A stretch of DNA of 63,893 nt, filler included, from Octopus bimaculoides (GCF_001194135.2; 7 parts of 5 records of this genome joined end to end with filler, not necessarily neighbours in it), one strand, 5' to 3'. Shown: positions 37,445 through 50,851, counted from the whole stretch's first letter. The notes: generated by a model from the letters alone, not told the origin. A program made the numbers and translations.

Positions 37445-38210
37445 TTGCCTCCTTCCTACCCGCGATAAATTGTACAAACTACGTGCTCACAAAAACCATT
37501 GCAGCTTGCGGGGAGATGCGGATGGAAGGCTAGATTTTTTTTTTTTTTTTTTTTTTTTTTGTATTCGTAGGTTTTAATCATATTCTGGGTCAGTTTATAT
37601 ATAATGACGGTGAATTATGTTGGTTTGAAATTGCTGCTAGCCACCTTGATTATTTTATAATTTTCACATTGCCATTTTGTGAAATCAGTCACTGATTCTA
37701 ATGGCATTCTCCATGATATTGACAGGGTGAGTTTCTCTTTAAATGGACAAAATCCTTTCACTTTTATAAAAAGAATAAAATGTATGGAAGACTCTACAAC
37801 AAAAAAACTATGTCCATTTATGTCCATTTACACGAGAGCTCTGGGCAAAATATTATAGTGCATAACCATCCTTGAGACATAGTATATATAGTTTGGTGAA
37901 AATCGGTTGGGAATTGTGGAAATGTATGCGATCAGTGTTCCTACTCAATTTAATCACAGTCACTGATGGACAGACTAAATAAATAGACAAAATCCTTTCA
38001 CTTTTATAAAAAGATTAAAATGTATGTATGACCCTACATACAAAAAATTATGTCCATTTACGCGGGAGCTCTGGGAAAAATGTTATGGTGCATGACCATC
38101 CTCGGGACATAAGTAATATGTATGTAAAGTTTGGTGAAACCAGTTGAGAATTGTGGAAATGTATGCGTTAGTCGTTATACATACACATACTGTGATTTAT
38201 ATATACAAGA
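37445..38210 (+). mobile_element. Helentron/DINE-like non-autonomous element with a duplicated internal unit
   Basis: Two ~190-bp units at about 37745-37930 and 37985-38170. It has AAGTTTGGTGAAA...GAATTGTGGAAATGTATGCG and the end CATACACATAC...TTATATATACAAGAT, typical of DINE/HINE 3' ends. Confidence 0.5.
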
Positions 38211-38664
38211 TATGTGTGTCAGGGCGCATGACCTAATGGTTGCACTCGCGATCTCGAGATCGTGGTTTCAATTTCTGGACCACGTGGCCCGTTGTGTTTT
38301 TGAGCAAAGCACTTCATTTCACGTTGCTCTGCTATCACTTCGACGCCTGACGTGTGTAAGGCAACGTCAATTTGACGGAGAGAGTGAGCTGATGTGGAGC
38401 ATATAATTTTGATCACTATAAACGAATCATTTGTGCAGGTTGTTTAGTAAGAAATTACAGAACCATTTTTCTCAGGCTACGAATAACTACCATCATATAC
38501 GGAGGCATGTCTATAGTAACGCGTTTGCTTCCCAACCACACGTTTTCAGGTTCAACCCAACTGTGTTGCACTTTAGACAAGTGTCTTCTAAAGTCTTCTG
38601 AGTGAATTTGATAGACGGAGACTGAAAGCAGCCCATTGTATATGTGTGTGTGTGTGTATATATG

Positions 38665-38695
<31 letters not shown>

Positions 38696-38823
38696 GCGCG
38701 CGCACACACACACACACACACACATATATATACATATATGTATGTGTGTGTGTGTGTGCGTGCGTGTATATGTATATTTCTGTGTATGTATGTATGTATG
38801 TATGTATGTATGTACGTATGTAT

Positions 38824-39040
38824 ACAGGGTGTTCAGGTTAAATTTGACAGTTTGCATTAACGAAGACAAAACACAATATCCAAAAATAAAGATATTCTTT
38901 TATAAAATAAAAAAATATGAATTCGATTATGACTGAGAGATAACAGTTTTGCTCAAAGTAGCCGCAATCAGATTCTCCCTCGGTTTCAACACGGCTCTGG
39001 AATCTGGTCCATGCATTCTTCACTGTGTCCCAAAGAAGAA
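38824..39040 (-). mobile_element. Tc1/mariner 3' end fragment
   Basis: TIR-like TA|CAGGGTGTTCAGG at 38824. Minus translation DTVKNAWTRFQSRVETEGESDCGYFEQ resembles a transposase C-terminus. Confidence 0.65.
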
Positions 39041-40564
39041 CTTTAAACACTATAGCCTCAAACCGACTGAAGCTTTGCGAGTGGATTAAGTAGATGGAAA
39101 CTGAAAGAAGTTCGTTATACATTGCGAGTGGGGTGGGGGGCTCCTCATGGGCTAGTTACGATTGGAGCTCTTTTTATCACAGATCTACATTGTCAAAATT
39201 TACATACCTCTGCCATATTCTCCAGTCAACATTTATGTGTTGTGTTTAGTCAACATTTACAGAGTATAAATATATGCCTATGCAGTCCCTATGTACACAC
39301 TGCAATTCTCATATGTCAGACATCCACAGGATACACAATACAGAGTACAGGACCCGACTGTCGGGAAAAGTTGGTCTTCAGATTTTAAATATTTGTTTCT
39401 ATGGAACTAACATATTTGTTCCTGTTTATTTCTTGATATCTTGAGGCAGTTGAAATTGGATCGTCCCTCATCACAAAAGTTATATTCCTAAAACAAAATG
39501 GAGGAACGGAGTATCTCTGTTATTTACTAATTATACATACATACATAATACGTACATACACACACACATACATGACTCGAATGGATCGTGATTTATATAT
39601 ACGTACGNNNNNNNNNNNNNNNNNNNNNNNNNNNNNNNNNNNNNNNNNNNNNNNNNNNNNNNNNNNNNNNNNNNNNNNNNNNNNNNNNNNNNNNNNNNNN
39701 NNNNNNNNNNNNNNNNNNNNNNNNNNNNNNNNNNNNNNNNNNNNNNNNNNNNNNNNNNNNNNNNNNNNNNNNNNNNNNNNNNNNNNNNNNNNNNNNNNNN
39801 NNNNNNNNNNNNNNNNNNNNNNNNNNNNNNNNNNNNNNNNNNNNNNNNNNNNNNNNNNNNNNNNNNNNNNNNNNNNNNNNNNNNNNNNNNNNNCATATGA
39901 ATATATAGAGAGCTATATGTATATGTATATGTATATATATATATGTGTATGTATGTATTTGGATGTATGTATATTTGTATATATATATGTATATACATAC
40001 ATATATACATACATATATTCATACATACATATCGATGTGTGTGTGTATGTATATATATATATGTGCGTGTATGTATGTATGTATGTATACATATATATAT
40101 ACACACACACACATATACAAACATATTTGTGTGTGTGTGGTGAGGAGGGGTTGCTAGTAGCATTTTACTTTTTAGAAGATACTGTGGACAAAAATTTTAA
40201 GAATGGAAGTGATTTAGAGAGAAAAAGAACACATGAGTTGTAGATTTAGTAGGATGTTCTAGATTGTATTAATGGAGTCTGTCCTCGTTATAGTTTATCT
40301 CTTCACGTGTTGCCAAATTCTCAAGGACTTCTCACAGGACACGACTGAAAGTCGCCCGGTTTAACCCGAAATGATAAAGACATACGATAACAATATTCCC
40401 CTCATTCGGTAACAAACACGACTCTTTTCAATAGATTATTCTTATCTCTGTTCTACTAAGTTTCAAGTATCTAGTACAGCTCAGCAGTGAGTGTGAGCGC
40501 GAGTGCTACCATAAGTGTATGCCAACATTCAGCATATAAAAGAAACCATCAACAGAATACACAC

Positions 40565-40595
<31 letters not shown>

Positions 40596-40974
40596 ACCCG
40601 TCATGTGACGAATAACGCTGGGAATAAACTTTTGTTGCTGAGGGTGATACCAGGTAAATTGAAACAAGCACACTAATTAAAATTTTACGTTTTCTTTTTT
40701 TTTTTTCTTTTTTTTTTTTTTTTCGTGATGTTTATACAAATAGTGAAATGAATAAAACAAATTTTCGAAATAAAGCTTATTAAATTAATTTGAAATTAGA
40801 TAAAATTGCTTGTTTACCCATCATTTAATTTCCTTCAACTTAACCCTTATATATTCCTGGTAGCAGCCTAGTAAACTATAACCAAGGAAGATAGCTCCCA
40901 AAACATCGTAGATGTCTTGTATCGTGTGATGTGACCAAGACATCAACATTGAGTATTATTATCACCATATATAT

Positions 40975-41215
40975 ATATGCCCATCCAGCCATAGTGTTCA
41001 GGAACCTGGTTAAGGGCGTCAGCAGGAGAATCTCCAGCTTATCTTCAAGCAAAGAGATCTTTGATGCTGCCCGCCCCGTACTATAACCGGGATCTGGGTG
41101 CCAGCGGTTTGAAGAATAGTATCAGTTACATGCCAGACTCTAGCCTCCACACCCGAGTAAGCGTCACCGGAAAGTGCTGTGGTTCACACCACCCTTCTCT
41201 TTAAACGTTAAGACC
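40975..41215 (+). mobile_element. Penelope-like RT C-terminal (thumb) fragment
   Basis: HPAIVFRNLVKGVSRRISSLSSSKEIFDAARP...ASG...KRHRKVLWFTPPFSLNVKT. Confidence 0.85.
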
Positions 41216-41484
41216 AGATCTTCCTTAGTTTAGACGATTACACTCCCTTCGTACTAATAGATTCAACAAAATATTTAATAGACATACCCTGAGATAATCC
41301 TTTAGCTGTGCACCTAGTGTAAAAAAAAAATTAGTAGACAGGCCGACACTCGAGGCAGAAGCAGGATGTTCATGTGGGAGTAACACAACTTGTCCGCTGA
41401 TCGGCCACTGCTACATGGAGACAGCTGTATTCGAGGCAGAGGTAAAAACCATAGGACCCAATGGATACTCGAGCGTGCGGAAAG

Positions 41485-41671
41485 TATGGTACTGAAAAGT
41501 TCCGAAAGGTCTAGTTGAAGGCCCAACATTCCGAATTTATTACAGGGCTTAGAAAAACTGAAGCAATAAGTGAGTGAATCTGAGAGGGGAATATGTTGAA
41601 TAAAATCTTAATTAACTGATTGTAATGTATTTTCTTTTACCCAAGGCCAGGAACGTTTCATCATCCTCTCG
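41485..41671 (-). mobile_element. mariner-type MITE of about 200 bp
   Basis: Reverse complement of 48421-48634, with TIR-like GGTACTGAAAAGTTCC...GGAACGTTTCATCATCCTCTCG|TA. Confidence 0.75.
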
Positions 41672-42018
41672 TACGCATGTGAATAATTTGTAAGTGTGTG
41701 TGCGTGTAAATGAAAGTATACGGTAATGATATGCATATGCATGTGTGTGAGGGTGAAAAATATATTTCTGCATTTATGTAATTTTCTTAGGAACAAATCT
41801 ATTTCTTTTTTTAGGATTCCATTCCATTGACCTTCCCCGCTTCTAAATACATACACTTACCAACACAATATTATGTTCTCCTAGGGAGATATTCACTCAA
41901 TTACTGGCTATGGGTTGGTGCAATACAATGAAAAGTAGACCATACCAACTGATAATGGTAGTATAGAAATGGCAAGCATCAAAATAATAAGACGTAGTCT
42001 TAAAGCAATGTGTGTGTG

Positions 42019-42111
<93 letters not shown>

Positions 42112-45100
42112 TGTGTGTGCGCGCCTCGTTTATAAAATAGACATCGATTGACAATTTTACCACTTTTTACCATATTTTTTTTTTCATTTTATTCTGCCAT
42201 ATTTACTTGATTTCTTTTTTCCCTAAAATACAAAAATTGAGGAATAAAGGTGGAAATTTTCCTATCAATTAGAATTGTCAGTTTAAGGAAATTTGTTTGC
42301 TTCGAAAATGATAAATTTTAAGTTTTAAAGATAACCATTCTCGGAGAAGAAATTTCCTGTTGCGAGGCGCATATTTATGGTTAAGGTTTTCCTGACAGTC
42401 ACAATGAATGATTATAATAAAATCACTGGATTTTTTTTTTAAATTAATAAAAACAAAGTACTTTTTTTACATATATTTTTCTCTCTTTCAATTTGGAAGC
42501 TTCAATTTAGAAGGAATATACTTATTCGAATGGAAGAGAAAGATTTCAAAGCAATTTGCATACCAGGAATACTCAACGCTAGTAAAAGTTGTCAGGACAA
42601 AAGAAAGAAAATGCATTCAACGCGTTTACTAGTTAGTATACACTAACAATATATTTATATGAAATTTCAGTGCGATTAAATATGGCCTAACTACGATGAA
42701 TCTCAATTAAATAGTTTTGATCTGTCGATCAAAAATAGATTGCAATTTTTTCCTATTGTTCCGCCGTAATGAAGAATCCAGCCAAGAACTCTCCAGCACA
42801 TTTTCTACAACAAAGTTCTGCATCACTGTCCTTCCATATATTTTTTCTTTTCTATATATTTTCTGAAAAAAAAAATCTTTCTACAAACTATAGGAGTTTA
42901 TAAGGTTTCAGTTCTGGCCACGTTAAGCAGAAAAGAGAAAAATTCCTTCAGCCTAGAATAATTTCTACAGATCAGTTTCTCAGGAAATAAGACCGTTCTC
43001 TATACCACACACTAATACACCTTCGTTTCTATTCACTTGGCTCTTGTACTCCAGAGATTAGACATGTGGTGTAAAGTAGGACTGAGTTTCCGGCAAGCAA
43101 TGGGTTCAACTTTGCTTAATTTGCATCACCAAATGCCACTTGAAAAAAAGAATAAATATGGACGTCACATTTAATTGTTATTAGGACTTTATAAGCACTA
43201 ATATATCCCAATCCTTGGTTGTTACACATAATTAAAGATACATTGTTTTTATATTTATTTTTTTATTATTAATTGCACTTCCACTAATTGATGAGTAGAT
43301 AGAATAGTAAATAGCCAACCAAGAGATCGGTAGCTAGGATCCTGTTGATGCTCATGGCCTTCAGCACTTGAAATGCCTTGACCGCCCAGCCCCAAAATAG
43401 TATGAGTCACCATTGTAAACAACCGCAACAACATTAATATTGGTTTCATATTCTGGCGCAAGGCTAGAAATTTCTAGAGGAAATCGGTACTTATTTTATC
43501 GACCCCGAAAGGATGAAAGGCAAAGTCAACAACGGATGAATTTGAACTCAGAGCGTAAAGACAAACGAAATGCTGCTAAGCATTTTGCCCGGCGTGCTAA
43601 CGATTCTACCAACTCACCGTCTTCGCAACAACACTAATATTGGTAAATGTTCTTTTAGTTATCAATACTGAATCTTAGACTAAGATAATATGACTTATGG
43701 ACACTAACAATAGGACCCTAGCGGTGTGTTTCTTATAGGTAGTTTTCTCTGAGAAGAGAGAAGTGTTGTAAGCACCAGAAAAAAGCGCGGACAAATTGCA
43801 ACATTTAACAAAATTAAGCTAGTTTAAACTTTCTAAACCTATCTAACACCACAGTGAAGAAAGAAAAGGTATATGGATGTAAACTATGTTCTGTCTTCTC
43901 ATTAATGTAGAGTGTGAAGAAAAATCTCACAAATATTTGAAAAAAGGACATGTATTTGTCAGTTTGAAAACCGCCACTGTAATATGTAGGCCTGAATAAG
44001 GCAGAAAGCTGACAGAATCGTTAGCACGCCGGACAAAATTCTTAGCAGTAGTTCGACCGTCTTTACGTTCTGAGTTCAAATTCCACCGAGGTCGACTTTA
44101 CCTTTCAACCTTCCGGGGTCGATAAAAATAAGTACAAGTTGAACACTGGGGTCAATGTAATCGACTTACCCCTACACCCAAAATTGCTGGCCTTGTATCA
44201 AAATCTGAAACCAATATCTAGTCCCGAATAACACAACTAAAATACTAAAAGTCACGACAAATGTGACAACATCACAACCTCTGATTGTCTCTTTGGTATC
44301 CCCACTTCCTTTCATCATTAACTTTGGGGAGAAAAAATTTCCATAACATGTAGTTCGGAATGGACTTAAAAAAGAAACCATTTCACGTATATATAAACAA
44401 ACTGATTTGTAATACACAAGCTAGCGTGAGGTATACTGAAACGATTCAGTATTCTGAATGGATACAGTGAGAAATGAACCCATGAAATAAACTTGTAAAA
44501 TTGTAAAATCTATAACCGAACTGGAAACGTTTGTAAGTAAGAAAAATATCAAGAGTGATAACTGATAAGAAGCCACGTGTCTCTCTTTCTTTGTGGATAG
44601 GTATAGTAACCACTAAACTTGAAAATGCTTGAAAATTCAGTAAATATAACACCATATCAAAGATTGGGATATTGTTTTGATCTTGAAATCTTATCGTTCA
44701 CAAATCAATCACTTTCGGGATTCATTTTCCTATACCCATGTTACTTGCACCCGTACTTTGGCTAAACATGATTTAGAAACGTTAATCTTATACATTAAGT
44801 TGAAATTAGCTTGTTAACTGCTTCTCTTTTGGTGAATAACGCATAAATAAAACAATAAAGTATGTTTTTGTTGTTATTTAGCCCCAAGTCCACCCCGATT
44901 GAGTAGACTTATGATCAAAGCTACCCTAGCCTTGAATATCGCATTATTTTAGGTGTAGTTGATTTAGGACTACAATACCCAAAATGGGACACTTTTTTAC
45001 GGTGGAAGAGTGTATAATTTGAAAAAAATTTGCTTAATATTTCTAGCAGATCTCGCCAGTATAACAGAACCCATCATTTTCCAATTTGTATCCTTAGATG

Positions 45101-45817
45101 GTTTGAACTCAGTTCTCCATATTAATGAGACACTCATCAGTTATACAAAGTTGCGACTACTTGCAGTTAGGTATTAGTCACGGACAGCGTACAGAGTCCG
45201 AGACAGAATATTCTTAGACACTTGAGCATCCACGCCTTCCATTATAATTCCATTTACAAAGATGCACTATAAGAACGTAAATCGACTCCAGCCTTTGACT
45301 GGTATATTTTATCTTTCACATGCTGAGGCAGCGCCTTGAAGAATTTTAGTCGAATGAATCGACCTCAGTACTAATTCTTTAAAGTATTGGTACTTATTTT
45401 AACGGTTATATTATCTGATATCTATCAGAGGCCGGTGAGTTTTATTGAATCATATAGAGAATACGGAATATGTAGTTGTGACAGTCATGCATATTCGAGC
45501 ATTTCGTTGACATCATTAACACCATCGTTAGAAGCATGGCCACCACAACATCCTGTTGAGTCTTGCATGTGAGGAGCATTTAATTGAACGCTAATCCGGT
45601 TTCAACCCTCCTGCTTCAACGACTTTCAATTAAGTCGTTAATGATACTCTGTTAATAAATATCACCCCACCAGGCTAAAATCACTTATCTTATGCCTATT
45701 ATGCCTATTTAGGGAACAACCTTTTGACTGAACAGCTTTTCTATGCCATGAATATATGGCCGTGGCTCAACTGCTACACACACACACACACACAAAAACA
45801 CACACACAAACACAAAC

Positions 45818-45879
<62 letters not shown>

Positions 45880-46999
45880 ATACACACACACACAGAGTCT
45901 TTCCTCTAGCTAGAAAACTATTCATTGTCTACATTTCAAGCTTGCCCAATACACCGAGTTACGTATCACAACTAGACTGGACTACCCGGAACATCCAATT
46001 CCCTTCTCGTCAAACCCAAACTCCACACCAAACATCATGCTTGATATTACTCATGTTTTTCAATCAATTTCGTCAACTCTATCCATCTCCTACAAATGTG
46101 TTACTCAACCGTTTCTCCATGAAATCCACTAGACCAAGAGACTCTTTTCCTTTCCAGATTAGTCCGAGAAACAAAATTCACCAGATTAAATAAGAGAAAT
46201 ACATGCGATATTCTGCAATCAATGGAATTGATTACGACACTTCTTTACAAAGGTGGTCTTGTTTAACCAACAAACCAAATTCGAATCTTCACCAGTCTTA
46301 GATATTTCTATTTATTAAAAATTCGGGAAGCCTTGCCTTCTTTGTGTGGTTTCTTCCTGCAGACATCCCTTGAATATTTTCAGATTTATTTTTGCATGCT
46401 AGTGGTAAGCACCCATCATATAGGCCCCCAAAAAGTTATTTCGCCTAAAACATTTCGAAGGATTTTTTTTTTTAGTAAGGTTGTACAAGCACTTCATGCA
46501 ATGGGTAAGCAGAAAGTGGTGTAATATATCAGACTTTGTCTCTATGTAATGTAACAGTTATTGTCTGAACAGGTGTTTAATCGAGGAAATATAGCACTTT
46601 TTAGCTTTAATACAAAGCCACATAATTTGGATGAAGAAAGGTTGTGGTTAAGAAGCTCACCTTCCAGCCATGTGGTTTCGGGTTCAGTCTCACTACACGG
46701 CACCCTGGGCGTCATCTAATACAACACCGAGCCGACCAATATCCTGTGAGTGAATTTGCTAGAGGTAGACTGAGTGGAAGCTCATCACGCGCGCGCGTGT
46801 AGTATAGTATTCTGTGAAGGTAAGATCAACAAAAAAGTATTTCATCTGGTCAGAGCTGAATATTGTTTAATAAACACAGTATATATTTTTGTGAGCTATT
46901 AATAGTTTCATGCAATGAAAACGACACAGCATTTTATAACACGTCCGGTGCATTCATGCCATCTTCAGTCTGATTATGTACTGGACTGAGGAATAATTT

Positions 47000-47233
47000 A
47001 CGAGCGTTTTTTTTTTTTTCAATTTAAAAATGCATGAAGACATAAAACACATTGACAAAATGTTTTATGGTATTTAAAAGAGAATTTCTTGCTCTACAAG
47101 ATAGTGTTTGGATTTTAAAATTTCATTGATTTATGTGTATCTTCAGATCACTAAAATGAAATGTCGAGAGGACAAGACTGAGCATTTTCGACATCATTTG
47201 CTTTTTGCATTTAATCGAGGTGTTAAGACCGCT
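47000..47233 (+). mobile_element. mariner 5' end, truncated by a gap
   Basis: ATG at 47156 gives MKCREDKTEHFRHHLLFAFNRGVKTA, a typical mariner N-terminus. Confidence 0.8.
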
Positions 47234-47333
47234 NNNNNNNNNNNNNNNNNNNNNNNNNNNNNNNNNNNNNNNNNNNNTTAATTAATTAANNNNNNNNNNN
47301 NNNNNNNNNNNNNNNNNNNNNNNNNNNNNNNNN

Positions 47334-47383
<50 letters not shown>

Positions 47384-47694
47384 ACCAACTGTCAATTGGC
47401 ATTCATTTACACCTAAGCAACCTGGAGCAATATAAAATCTATGTACCTTACTCAATCCAGATTTGAACCCACAGCTTTCAGATCGTGAATCGAACACTGT
47501 TAGCCAGTGGGAGAAGCGCCGTCACACACGAGCACGCACACATAAATAGGTGTACTTATATCCCTACTCCTGCTTATTTTTCCATCCTTCTTATTTTCAT
47601 TCTCTTCATCAAATCGAGGCCAATAGGAGTAACTCGAGCTCCGAAGATGCTTGTCCTCCACACGTCCCTGTCCAATGTGCCAGAGCATTTATAT

Positions 47695-48011
47695 GCACAC
47701 ATACATACATACATACATACATACATACATACATACATACATACAAGCATACATAGACATACATACATACATACACACACATACATACAAACATACATAG
47801 ACATAAATACATACATAAACACATACATACACAAATACATACACACATACATACATACATGCATACATATATACACACACATACATACAAACATACATAG
47901 ACATAAATACATACATACACACATACATACACAAATACATACATTCATACATACATACATACATGCATACATATATACACATACATACATACAAACATAC
48001 ATAGACATAAA

Positions 48012-48045
<34 letters not shown>

Positions 48046-48060
48046 CATACATACATACAT
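47695..48060. repeat. (ACAT)n-based compound satellite with a ~100-bp higher-order repeat
   Basis: The block ATACATACAAACATACATAGACATAAATACATACATA recurs at 47781, 47881 and 47985. Confidence 0.9.
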
Positions 48061-48110
48061 ATATAAAGGGCATTACTACAGAATATTCTGTAGTAATGCC
48101 CTTTATATAT
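48059..48110. mobile_element. Perfect 52-bp palindrome, smallest AAGGGCATTA family member
   Basis: ATATATAAAGGGCATTACTACAGAAT|ATTCTGTAGTAATGCCCTTTATATAT, centred at 48084/48085. Confidence 0.85.
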
Positions 48111-48420
48111 ATATAAACGAATAATCATAAATTTTCAGGGATTAGCATTGAGTTGCTTCTCCAACATACTGAAAATTTAGAAATAGCAGTCAAAGAACTA
48201 CTGATTCTAAACTACAAATTTTCATACTGAACTTGGCAAAATTGTTAATTATTAATTCTATTATTAATTGACGATTCCCTGCCCTTATTCTTGTATATAA
48301 ACGAATAAGTATATTCTTGGGAATAGAAATTTCCCTTACGAATTTTTTTACACACTAGCTTCCTGATAAAATTCTTGTAAAAGATTTTTATCCTATTTTG
48401 ATTTTACATACATACATACA

Positions 48421-48634
48421 TAGGGGTGCTACAAAAGTTCCTGGCTTTGGGTAAAAGAAAATAGAGGAGGATCAGTTAATTATAATTTTATACAACATAT
48501 TCTCCTCTCAGATCCACACACTATTGGAGTAGTCCTTTATCTTTTCTGAGCCCTGTAAAAGAACTCGGAAAGTTGGGCCTCCAACCAGGTCTTTCGTGAC
48601 ACCCTTAAAGTCAGAAACTTTTCAGTACCCTTCG
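48421..48634 (+). mobile_element. mariner-type MITE of about 200 bp
   Basis: GGGGTGCTACAAAAGTTCCTGGCTTT...AAAGTCAGAAACTTTTCAGTACCCTTCG|TA. Confidence 0.8.
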
Positions 48635-48835
48635 TACATATATACATATATACATACATACATACATACATACATGCGAATGTGCACTTGTATACGTGTT
48701 CTCGTCAGAAAGATGGGAACTTATTAATCCCTTCTCATAATTCTGACAACACCCATCTTCACATACCACCCCTTTCCTATTCCATCTGACAGTTGTAACC
48801 CCCCCCCCCCAGTCATAAAAACATACACACACACT

Positions 48836-48877
<42 letters not shown>

Positions 48878-49658
48878 CCCTCGCTCTTTCCCTCCTCTCT
48901 CTTTCTTTTTCTACTTTTATTTTGCTTTTCGTGTTCTTTTTTTCAGACTTTCTCTCGATTTAGGGACTCGATAGAGACACGCGACGAACGAAGTGCCCCT
49001 TTCGTAGCATTAACGATGCTGGAGTAAATGTACACATATATTTACGCAGCTATATATAGATGTAACTGCCAAGAGCAGGGCGTTCAGGCATGTTAAGTGC
49101 AACTTCTTCACGCATTAGAAGGCACGTCCTCGGGGTATTACTGTACTGTTTTTTTTTTTCTGCACGCGCACACACAAACACAAGATTCAGTTTCTCACGT
49201 ACAAAAACACAAACACGTTAATAGACTGATACAAACATGCGCGCTGAAACACGAACACTCGTAGAAAATACGTGTGAGCGTACCTCAGAATGGTTGTGGA
49301 TGTGCGATTAACTGTGTGTGTGTGTGTGTGTGTAAGTATACGAGTTCATATATTCGAATGTGTTTTTTAGTGAATTTTTATATCTGTCGACATTTTTACG
49401 ATTCTAGTTTTAAAATACATGAATCATTAAAATGCAAAGATTACAAAAGAGAAAAAAACGTATTGTTATTGAATTGAATTGAATAAATACATATATAGGC
49501 ATAGACACAAACGCATATACATATATGTGCGCACACACACTCGTACATACACATAGAGGGAGGGAGGGAGTGAGAGAGAGGGAGAGAGAGAGAGAGGGTG
49601 TGGTATGTCAATACTGCATAGAGGAAGCGAATTGCCTATTACACACAAAAATCATAAA

Positions 49659-49771
49659 CATATAAGGTTTCGTGAATACAAAAGCATATGCTTACCTGTA
49701 ATTATATCTATATTTAACTCTTTCACTTTCTACCTTGTCTTATCTGTTTTTCCCACCCTACTTTTCGCCAT

Positions 49772-49790
<19 letters not shown>
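49659..49790 (+). repeat. ~130-bp unclassified repeat ending in (TATC)n, inverted partner of 53085-53192
   Basis: TATAAGGTTTCGTGAATACAAAAG...CACCCTACTTTTCGC is highly similar to the reverse complement of 53085-53192. Confidence 0.85.
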
Positions 49791-49810
<20 letters not shown>

Positions 49811-49828
49811 CCTATCTATTTCTCTCTC

Positions 49829-49872
<44 letters not shown>

Positions 49873-49873
49873 C

Positions 49874-49944
<71 letters not shown>

Positions 49945-50768
49945 CCTACCTATCTATCTATCTGTCTGTCTATCTATTTATCTATCGATCGATCGATCGA
50001 TCTGTTTATCTATCTATCCGTCCTCTATCGGTCTCTTTGTATGTGTGTGTGTATGAATATATATGTGTGTGTGTGTTTACCTACTCACACACACACACAC
50101 TCCCACACACATACACAAGCATACCCACACACACATAATTTATGCATACATACGACATAAATACCTACATTTATACAAACACGCAAACACACACACATAC
50201 ATACACACACACACAAACACACACACATACATACATACATACATACATACATACATACATACATACAGAAACAATGCCTTTACGTTGCATACATATAGTA
50301 GTACTCACAAAACTTCACAAATCTGAGTCATATATTAGAAAACACTCCAAAACATGCAGTTAAACAGACAATTATATATACAATTATGGTTTAGGGAGGA
50401 ACAAGAATTGCTTACGGGTATTACCTAATATGGAGAGGTAAAGTAAAGGGGGTGGAATAGTTAAGAAGGAGACGAACGTTTTTGATTCAAAGTAACGAAG
50501 GTGAAAATGAGTGGAGGAACAAACAGAGACAGAGACAGAGAGACAGAGAGACAGAGAGACAGAGAGAGAGAGAGTGAGTGAGTGAGTGAGTGAGTGAATG
50601 AGTGAGGTAGAGAGAGACAGAGAGAAAAACCCATACATATAGGAATACATGCACGCATGCATATATATATGTATATACATACACACAAACATGTAAAGAC
50701 GTACACTTATCCATACGTATAGACAAATACACGCACACACACACATACACACTCTCTCTCACGCAGCA

Positions 50769-50851
<83 letters not shown>

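Noticed and set aside
49065-49135. Fragments resembling miR-124 (AAGGCACG and TGCCAAGAGC)
   Set aside because: They are in the wrong order and do not form a mature sequence or a precursor hairpin.
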